38,816 nt of DNA from Tubiluchus corallicola (lineage: Eukaryota > Animalia > Priapulida): positions 1 through 38,816 of the forward strand of contig JAQGDQ010001479.1 in the NCBI GenBank assembly GCA_030141605.1, in the 5' to 3' direction. The position numbers and the translations under genes were made by a program. Positions 12,698 to 22,632 of the stretch are shown here, one piece after another; position 1 is the first letter of the stretch, and the number at the start of each line of letters is the position of its first letter. The notes below the pieces were generated by a model. It ran no database searches and was not told the DNA's origin. It was given only the letters and a program-made list of their open reading frames with translations.

Positions 12698-12768
12698 GCG
12701 TGCGAGGCCTCCAGCTCAGGGAATTAGTCCGAGATTGAGTCTGGGAGCCGGAGCGTACAGAGATCCGT

Positions 12769-15000
12769 AACCATGGGGCAAAATAGTGCAAAACCAAGCG
12801 CAGCTGGAGTCACAGAAGAACAGACAGCGATAGCCAATAATACAATTGCAGACATGACCGTAGTCGCCAAAGATCATTCAGCAGGTATAAAACTAAAACT
12901 GTTAGTGAACAGTCAGCACAGACTAATGACAGTGTTAACAGTGTAACTGAACATTTGATGTTATTCATGTGCCCAACTTGTGTGTAAGTTTGCTTGCTGC
13001 TAAGGATGAAGCATTTATAATGCTTAGCATAAAGTTAACAAACCGTCCAGGCATGCATAACCTCAAGTTAAAATTGGACATTGGTGCGCAAGGTAACACA
13101 TTATCGATTAGGACATTCCGTCGAATACATCTGAGTTATTGGACGCCGCAGGATTTCCAAATGCCAGTATATTGAACAGCAGACCATAAGTAGAATTAAC
13201 CGCGTACAATGGAACTGAAATTCCCTGCTATGGAATCACCAAAATCGCATTCAAATTGCAATTTACGGATTGGCATGACAATGAATTTTACATTGTTGAC
13301 ATTAGTGGTCCTGCTGTCATAGGTTTACTGTCATGTCAGAAACTAAAACTAATCACGCTACATTGTAATGTGAACTCTCAGCCAAGTGATGCAAGCACCC
13401 ATTCACGATTTGTCAGACTTAAAAAATTTGTACCCGCAACAGTTTGATAGAATAGGATGTTTGCCCTGTGAGGAAAACTAATGGTAGATGCCAATGTACA
13501 GCCACATGGATCCAAAGCACATATAGCACTAAAGGATGCAATGATCATATTGATTACCGTATTCTCCCGTGTATAAGAGACCCTTTTTTGCTCAGAATTT
13601 TCACTTTAAAAATAGGGGGTCTCTTATACATGGGAGTAAGTCTTTTCAATAAGATGCATAAATTGTGACACTAATGATTTTAAAGAAATAAGTGGTCTAC
13701 AACTGTTTTGCGTGTCGCGTTCGACTATGAAGCGGTTGTAAGTAATACAAGCATCGTGACACAGGCATTATCTCCTCGTTTTCTCTTTTCCTGTTACAGG
13801 TTTGCAGGTACGCACTTTAATATATACCAGTACTCTTTTTCTACAACACATTAACTGGTTTTATTTTGTTTTCAGTACTGCACTGAGTTGAAAAAAGTTG
13901 TACTCTACCCTCTAAAAATGACCGTCTGAAAAAACTTTTTTCCAGAATTTTTGCCTAAAAATTGAAGGGGTCTCTTATACACAAGGGTCTCTTATACACG
14001 GGAAAATACGGTATATAGAAGCAATTGACATCATCAAAAAGGTTACAGAACCTACAGACTGGGTTTCATGTCTTGCCTACAGTCGTAGAGGAAATGGTAG
14101 CATACGGATTTTTCTGGATGCAAAACATCTAAACAAAGCACTAAAGAGACCGCACCATAAGACACGTACGATTAAAGAGCTAACACACAAATTTGCAGGT
14201 GCTCGTTACTTTGGCAAACTTGATGCAAAAAATGGTTATTAGTTAGTACGTTTACACCCAGATTCACAGCATCTTACAACATTTCAATCGCCTTTTGGCA
14301 GATATGCCTTTAAGAAACTTCCATTTGGATTGTCTGTGCTTAAGATGTTTTCCAACACCACACTGATCCTATTCTTAGCCAGTGTGATGGTGCAACTGGT
14401 ATTTTTGATGATGTTGCAGTATATGGTTCCATCCAAGAGGAACATGAGAAAAATCTGCATCAGCTAACGACAGTTGCTGATAAAAATGGTCTTGTTTTCA
14501 ATTCAGAGAAGTGTGCAATAAAGCAACCTAGCATTTCCTTCTTTGGCATGGCGCTTTCTGCAGATGGTGTAAAGCCTGATCCAAGTAAAGTTACAGATCT
14601 TTGTGCTATGCCTACTTCAACATCGAAAAAAGAGTTAGGCAAGCAATTTTAGGTTTCGTGCATCATATCATGCACGCATCTTGCGCCATTTATAGATAAT
14701 TTTTCAGAAAAAGCTGCAATTCTTCGTGATTTGCTAAAGGCAGTAGTGAATTAATTTGTGTGGCAACCGCATCACTAACAGTGTTTTGAACGGCTTAAAA
14801 AACCTGTAACATCAGAAAGTACCCGTCAGTATTTTGACGTAAACTAAGAAACTATGTTACAAAAAGATGCTTGCTAGTGTCAGGGGTTTAAGAGCCGCTA
14901 TTTTGCGGATGGAAAACTCGTTGCTTATGCTTCAAAGTCTAACAGAAACTGTGTCTCGCTACGTTGGCATCGAGAGAGTACTGCTAGCTATTTTATTTGA
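12769..15000 (+). mobile_element. Ty3/Gypsy (Mag/K02A2.6-like) remnant: gag end, protease, RT, RNase H; degenerate
   Basis: Knuckle end NHGAK*C; protease LKLDIGAQGN. RT motifs EPTDWVS, LNKALKRPHH, KLDAKNGY, TTFQSPFGRYAFKKLPFGL, IFDDVAVYG and GVKPDPSKV. RNase H LVAYASKS and IERVLLAI. Many stops and frameshifts. Confidence 0.92.
13557..14011. mobile_element. Tc1/mariner superfamily (pogo/Tc2-like) MITE inserted in the Gypsy pol
   Basis: TIRs CCGTATTCTCCCGTGTATAAGAGACCC ... GGGTCTCTTATACACGGGAAAATACGG with TA on both sides. There are extra internal GGGTCTCTTATAC copies. Confidence 0.92.
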
Positions 15001-15042
15001 TGTTAGGTCAGCAAAGCTATAAAGTGTTAGGCCAGTCACATT

Positions 15043-15269
15043 GCGAGGCCTCCAGCTCGGGGAATTAGTCTGAGATTGAATCTGGGAGCCGGAGCGTAGA
15101 GAGATCAGGGGCTTGGCATTGCTATCTATTATATTTATTGTGTTTGATGTTTAATAAACGTGTCGTTTTATAATCAGATTCTTCATAGCTTTGCCATTCG
15201 TAAAGCAATAATCAGCTACACTCAACCAATACAACGCACTATCCACTATACAACGAAATTATTTTTACT
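15043..15269 (+). mobile_element. LTR family A, 3' half (R/U5)
   Basis: GCGAGGCCTCCAGCTC...AATAAACGTGTC...ATTTTTACT matches 22785-23026 and 24975-25210. Confidence 0.9.
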
Positions 15270-15544
15270 CACATATACAAGTAAAAAGTCAGCAAAACAA
15301 TAGTCTGTTACAATTTTTCTATTCATAGTCAAGCTTGTATGATAACTTCTTGTTAAAGGAATAGTACACCTGCAATTTGCAATGAAGGGGACATAATGAT
15401 ATTTCAAGAACTATTTCATATGCGCATGCATAACATGTCAGCAGTCTCCGCCATGTCATAACCTTCAGGTTATTGTTAAATATCTATCAAATATATTATA
15501 AAACCAATTACTTTTTGTGAGACTCATCTTGTATCTTCACTGAC

Positions 15545-15615
15545 CAGAGGCGGCTCGTGTATAGGTACCGTGGAACTGCAGCACACCCTGTAATTTTAAC
15601 CACGAGTCGCCACTG
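15545..15615. mobile_element. 71-bp hAT-like mini-element
   Basis: TIR CAGAGGCGGCTCGTG / CACGAGTCGCCACTG (13/15 match). A related left end, CAGTGGCGGCTTGT..GGGTGCTGCA, is at ~17854. The TSD is only partly matched. Confidence 0.55.
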
Positions 15616-15637
15616 CCTGTGACATTATTGGCCCACA

Positions 15638-17292
15638 GGTGTGCACGATCAATTAATACTGTAACAGGATATTGAGCCCAGAATCTCATTTTGAACCTTG
15701 AAGCAATAACAGTTAATGTTAATAGGATTGATTAGTTAGAGAGAATTCACCCTCAATTAATCTTAATTTAACACTAAATATGAGCACAGCCTTTCTATTA
15801 AACAGTTTACCATTTCTCTATAATTATTATTTGGTAGTTGAACTTTCAACAGGATTTGCACTGTTTTGCAGTCATACAGTTTGAAGGATGTGACTCTTTG
15901 CACGTACTAAAGAAATCAAACGACTTGATAAGAAGTGAACTTTAAACTCGGTGAAGACAATCTGATTTGTACATAACTTCTAGAGTGCACATAGTGGTGA
16001 CCTGCTTTGCACTTAAAAGCACTTGTTAATCAGGTAGCTCATTTGATGGCAAGGTTTTACGTTACCAGAATAGCTCCGAATTCACTTGCTTAATTTTACA
16101 ACTTTCAAAAAATGGCAACGTCAGTTGAAACACCGCTAACACCAGCTGAAAGTCTGGATACGATGGACAACTGAAGCAAGAGGTTTAATCATTTGCACAG
16201 CAGTGGTGACTATGACGACGTGTGTGATGCGACATTTCGTCTGGGCATTTCGACATTTCAACAAAACTCTTATTAAATCCAACCAGTATATTATCAGCTT
16301 GGGAGTGATGGTTTCGAGAAGATGTTCAATGGACCTTTGCATCATGACGTAAGCTTGATGACATAATAGTAATATTTGATGAAGAACCGAGTGCTGTCTC
16401 GGATTTTTAGAATACATTGACACGGGTCATGCAACACTCACTGGTGAAATTTCCAGCACTGTACGTAGCTAGAAAGTACAAAATTCGTGGACTTGAAGAG
16501 CTTGCCAGGTACTTCCTAAAATCCAGCATCACAAAAGATAATGTTTGCACATTTGAACTGCAGCTTTATTCCACGAAGACAAAGACATGGAGATGAAGTG
16601 TTTGGAAATCATAGATGCTGAAACGGAAGCCATCATACCTCTCTTAGTGAGCATATTAGGTGCCACTTCGGCTCCTGCTAGGATTGCCTGGACTCATAAT
16701 TCCTGTCTTTCAACTTTGGCTTCAAAGTTTAATTTATTGTGGGCTTGTTTTATCTGGTTTAGATTCCGAGAAAATAATGGTTTCACCTGTAAGAACTGAA
16801 GTAGCCGAGTTAACCTTCAGGTGTTCCAAGTCCTGCATCCAATCTTTATAGTCTGTCACATTAGCTCGGTTGTTCACCTGCCTTTCTACCTTGTCTATTT
16901 ACAGGTGTGTTCTTGCATTTTGCTGAAGCCCTTTTATGCTTGACTTTACTGGGCCGCGATCGATTAGGTGTGCGTGATCGATTAATACTGTAACGTGGAA
17001 CCTTGAAACAATAACGGTTGGTTCAGTTGATGTTAATTGGCTTGATTAGTCAGAGATAATCCACCCTCAATTAATCTTAATCCAACACTAAATATGAGCA
17101 CAGCCTCTCTATTAAACAGTTTACAAAAAATAGTTCGACAGCTTCATCTTCCATTTCTCTATAATTATTATTTGGTAATTGAACTTTCAACAGGATTTGC
17201 ACTGTTTGCAGTCATACAGTTTGAATGACGTGACTCTTTGTACGTACTAAACAAATCAAACGATTTGATAAGAAGTGAACTTTAAACTGGGT
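15638..17292. repeat. Two ~315-bp direct repeats (15638-15952 and 16966-17292) enclosing ~1 kb
   Basis: Collinear match from AGGTGTGC..GATC.ATTAATACTGTAAC to GATAAGAAGTGAACTTTAAACT, with indels. Confidence 0.88.
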
Positions 17293-18879
17293 ATAGTTGT
17301 CTCTAGCTCTGGAGTGCATTATACATTGGTATAACATATATATATATATATATGTGTGTGTGTAAAAATACGGGACGAAAACAAAATATTCAACACATTG
17401 TATTGTATTGCATTGTACTGTGTATTCATCGATAAACTTAATTTTTTTATTCGTTATAATAATAAAAATACTTGTGATATCAATAATAACTGTCAAAAAA
17501 TTAAATTGCACGATGATAATCATAGATTCACTGCGCAGCTTATGTGATTGTTTGTTATAAAAATCATGCTATTGTTCTTTTTCGATCTACAGTGTTTATA
17601 GATGAGAGGACAAGAATTAGGCTAAAATATCGCCTGCCACATAGGAAGCTACTTCGAACGTAAATAATGTATTGCTATCATAACATAAACACTCAATATC
17701 TTGTGTTTAATAAATTGTTTTATTATGAATCGGAGCTTTTAATCTCTTATCTGTGAAGTCGCTAAAAATAAAATTAAATTAGCCGACAAACAGAAAAATA
17801 CAACAGTCAAATGACTTGGCCATTAAACTTTATAATAAACTCTAACATTCAAACAGTGGCGGCTTGTAGGTAAAATTAGAGGGGTGCTGCAAAATTTAAT
17901 TTTTTCAGCCATTGTTTTAATACTGTGTAAAACGAAACAAACATATGTAATTATAATGTTGTAATTGTAATTTTAAACAAACAAACTAATTTAAACATAA
18001 CCTTGATAAACTCCTAAACAAAAAATATTGTTTTCTTACAAATAGCCAAATTTGTTGCAATTCAAGAATATGCTGATACACGTGACAACTGACAACACGT
18101 ACTGCAGTGAGCGACAGTACTCTTTTCTACCTAAAGTACAGCCTCTTATCTCAGACATGTGGGTATGGCCGCATGCGCACAGCAGCCATACATCGCGTTG
18201 CTTGAGCTGTGAAGCAAGTTGTACTTCCCTTACACCCTCCGGTTCCCCACAAGTACTGTATAAAGAGAGAACTGAAGAAAAAAGATTATTATATTGAATA
18301 TTATGGATAATAATGAATGATACAGCCTGCTTACTACAGCCTAAGTTGTGCAGTGTCCTACTGCTATTCCAGGAAAAACCAGCCGATCAGGCAAGAACAA
18401 CGTAAGGTCGCTTCATCTTTTAACAGGAATTTATCCTCAGAAGGAGGCTTGAAGCCAAAGTGTATGTCTGGATATTAGAAATTTTCTGAATTAGTCGATA
18501 TCACACAAGTGATACTGTACATGGTTACAGCGCAAACACCGCAGTTACTGAGATTTTTTCAATTTTTTCGTCAAGAATCAATTTTTAATTTGTGTAAGGT
18601 AAGCAAATTCAGTTCATAAATAATTTTGCATGAAAGACCATTGTGCGAGGAGCAGAATTACTGCTTAGTGAGAGCAGTTTTTCATGCACCCATGCAAAAT
18701 GCAACAAATGCTAACGGTGCTAAAAGTTTTAGATACTTGCAAATAACTTGAGGACAAAACTGTCATTTGAAGTACGATACAAAGACTACACTGAAATCTT
18801 CGGCAAATCCTATGCTCTTGTACGTCATTTCCACCTGGGTATTGGTAGCCTCAACCAATCACTGTGCATTATTTCTCGA

Positions 18880-19285
18880 GCCATCCACGTTTGCATTTTG
18901 AATTTGAGAGGGTACTGATAATTGGATAATGTGAGTGTCCAACGCTGAACATGACAAATTAGCCATGGCCGAAATCCGTTTATGGCTCGTAGAAATTTCG
19001 AAATAATGTCCGTAGTGAAACTTCTGTGCGTCAGACAAGGTTCTTAATGCAAAACTGACTGGTCGGTCATTACCATCTGGCATGTGATGTGAAAGGATTG
19101 CTGCGATTCCAAATGGTGAAGCATCACAATTTAAGACAAGGGGCAATGATGGATTATAGTAAACCAACACCTGCGATGACGCAAATAATTGTCTTGAATA
19201 TTCAAAGGTCTTCTGCTGGCGTGGACCTGAGGACCATTTGACGTCTTAGCGCACAAGTGCATGCAGTGGAGCAAGTTTTTGCTTG
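18880..19285 (-). mobile_element. Ty3/Gypsy RT-linker/RNase H fragment
   Basis: Reads KLAPLHALVR*DVKW...LVYYNPSLPLVLNCDASPFGIAAILSHHMPDGNDRPVSFALRTLSDAQK. Confidence 0.9.
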
Positions 19286-21296
19286 TTTACTTATATTCGC
19301 TCTGACACAAGCTTGATAGAAGTAGGTAGGCAAGTCCTAACCAAAAAAGTAGAATGTTTATGGTTAAAGATCTTCAAACTTCAAAAGATTGACAAATTTT
19401 ATTTTGTAAATATTTGTTGCCTATATTCCATAAATTATAAAATTAAACTTGTTTTATTCATATTACTCATATTTCGGTTAATTGTGCCTGGAGACCTTAA
19501 AGCTTCACAGTCGTCAACACTGAAGATATGCCGCATTGCCTTAAGAAGCACACTGCAAATGGTATAAAAAGTCAAATAAACGTATTGTTGTGTTACGTTT
19601 CCTATTTTACGGTAAACAACCGCACGTTTTTATAACCAAAGAATATGGACCACAAAAAGTATGGAAATCCTACTGCGCAACAGTTCGTGCAGTTAGTGTC
19701 GCCCTAGCGGCACAGCAGTACGGACTGTTGTTGTCAGGTACGCAACAGCGCAAGCTGTGTGTTACTGTAGCAGATGAATTGATGAGACCATCAAAACCAG
19801 ACCGGTTAACAGGCGCTCATAAATTGCTCAGCAGTGAGTTGCAAAAACACAAATAAAAATATATTTTTAAATTTCGCAAGGATGCAGCCAGGTAATTATA
19901 ATAAAATGTTAATTATAACACAGTTTTGTAACTTTTGTTACAAATTAAATATTTTGTACACTAAGCAAAGACTAAGCAAGGCACACATCTCTCTTTGGCG
20001 AGTTAGAGCAGCTGTTATATTTTTGAATATTATTTAAAGCAAGCATAAGGCAATAAGAATAATTTGTAGTTAAAATAAAAATTATTATAATCATATCTCA
20101 TAAAAATTAATAGGCTTATTTACAAAAGAAGTTAAGAAAGTTGATCAAAAAGAAAGTTTGCAAATACCTAGCTCATGTAAGTATTCGATTTCTGGAGAAA
20201 TATTTTTTTCTAAAAAACATTTCTATTTCATGTGTTCTTATAAGGAAATATAACTTGAAGAAATATTAGGCCTGACTTTCATGTATAATACCTTTCATAG
20301 AAAAAAAATCGATTTTTTCAGAAGAGCAAATAATTTTCCAGAACAAAACTTAATCTAAGCATCTGCATGTTTTGTTAATTCCAAGTTGATGTTTAAAAGG
20401 CCTATAATCATACATTGGCCTTTGTTATGAGCTGAAGTTGGTTATAAAATCACATTGAATAAACTCAGATGCATTTACGACATTACTTCTCTTTTTTATT
20501 GTCAGTGAAGAAAAAATAACAAAACGAAACACCAGAGCTGTCATCCTAAGCAGCCGGTATTACTTCCACCTCTATAACAACCAACTAACTATGTCAAAAT
20601 CAAGTTACAGAATTCAGGTGAGAAACCAACCTGGTGCATAAATTAGAATCTGCACGCGGGTCATCACACCTTATAATATCATGTGCAGACATCACTTATA
20701 TTTAGCCTATTTTTTTAAGATTCAGTTAGGCTTACATCAAAAAAGTTCATTAAATACAATTTGTTTATGTATAAAAAATGATGCACTTGTATAGGCGTAC
20801 TAATAAAACACCTGTGGCTAAATCCATAGACAAATCTTGATAAATAATTTATTTATTGATGGGCTTAAATTAATTGATTTCATATAGGCCCTGGTGCTAA
20901 GGGCAATCAATTTATATTGTTAAATATATAGGCTATATATAGGCTCCCTTCATAGAATGCATACATCATACATGTATGTGAGTGTGTGTGCATGGGTGTA
21001 TCTAGACGTTACGATGCTGTAGGCTGGCTCAGCCTGGCTGTTCAGTCCTACTCATCCCTACCACTGTATTTGTTATTTATATATGAAGCACCATATGTAA
21101 TTACTGGTTGTGTGCATGCGTGCGTGTGCGAATTATTTATATACAAACCTACAATATAATATATGTGTAATTATATAGATTAATTGCAGGGCACGTAAAT
21201 GGGTGCAATTTTTAATGTGCCAAATCTGCCACCTTGCATTGGAGTAAAACGACCAAGAAACAAATGGCAGAACCTTCAACAAAAGGAAAAGAAGGA

Positions 21297-21450
<154 letters not shown>

Positions 21451-21605
21451 GATCTCTTTCTTTTTAAGAAAAAGATGTTAAGAAAAAGGCTATGCTTCTC
21501 CACTGCGCAGGGGAGGAGGTTTTCGAACTAAGTGAGTCACTGGGTGTAGATGATGACCCGAGTTTTGCTAACACTTCACGTCTACTAATAGAGTAGTATG
21601 CACCA

Positions 21606-22347
21606 ATACTTAGGGGTGTTGGGTACGAGAAGAGGGATGGTACCTCACAGTGAAAGGCAGTCACTCCCTATTGGGATGGCCTGGATCCTACTTGGTTCCC
21701 ACTTCTGTATCTAGCTCACGTATGGCTCCACTGATACTGCTTGTGTATGGCAGTGGCCACACCCCGGGCAACGGTTTTGACTGACCGGCCAAACTACGTG
21801 AGTGAACCCAAGGGCTCTGCCTGAGGGTGGGATATGCCTATCCCAAATACACGAAGACTGAGGCTGGCAGAAAGCGCGGAAGAAACCTGTCTGCTTCAAC
21901 GGGCAAGAAGGCAGTCGCAGCGAAGTGCTGTGGAGCGCAAACAGGGCACAACAAGGCACAGGAGATGCTGATGGCCATCCACTGCATCCGGACCCATCTC
22001 CAGTCATCTGGAGCGCAAACAGGGCACAACAAGGCACAGGAGATGCTGATGGCCATCCAATGCATCCGGACCCATCTCCAGTCGTCTCGACTATGTCATG
22101 CCACTGGGTAAAAAAGGGCGAGGACGAGAGAGTGAGGCTGACGACATTGCGCAACTCTCCCTCACTTAAATCAAATTAACGCGCAAGTCACGACTTCATT
22201 CCTACCCCCCTATACCTACAAAAAGTCCTGCTCTCAGCCAGAATCGGGCTTATAAGCCACCTCCGAACCCATCCTACGATGTCAGAATGAAGTCATGGTC
22301 CTCTTCGGCTATGAAGGACGAACAACAACAACAACAACAACAACAAC
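21606..22347 (+). mobile_element. Internally deleted RTE (BovB-like) non-LTR retrotransposon
   Basis: A GC-rich 5'UTR-like region is fused to the ORF C-terminus SARIGLISHLRTH (C2H2 finger end), followed by the 3' hairpin GTCCTCTTCGGCTATGAAGGAC and an (AAC)n tail. TSD TATGCAC at 21597 and 22348. There is an internal 78-bp tandem duplication (21931/22009). Confidence 0.8.
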
Positions 22348-22632
22348 TATGCACAACAGCGTAATGTGGAGTATAAAGTGTTCGAATTTCGCCAAGAGGT
22401 TTACGCAGCAGATGAGTCACTAGCTGAATTTCACGCAAGACTAAAGTTACTTGCAAAGAATTGTAATTTTAATGATACCGACTGGGACATAAAATCACAG
22501 ATAATTCACAAAAGTCAGTTGTCAAAAGTCAGACAGAAGGGTCTAACAGAACCTAATATGACTTTACCTGATTTGCCCTTATTTGGCCGCACTTTGAAAG
22601 CGACAGAGGTGCAAAGTAAAAAAGCAATGGTA

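Noticed and set aside
19696-19712. CTCF-like motif GTGTCGCCCTAGCGGC
   Set aside because: It needs a gap against the consensus and has no supporting context.
21490-21545. HDV-like ribozyme at the RTE 5' end
   Set aside because: The P1-P3 pairings could not be built, and the segment is gag coding sequence (LLHCAGEEVFEL) outside the RTE TSD.
21711-22179. Four overlapping ORFs
   Set aside because: They arise in a GC-rich RTE UTR with a 78-bp duplication and show no protein motifs.
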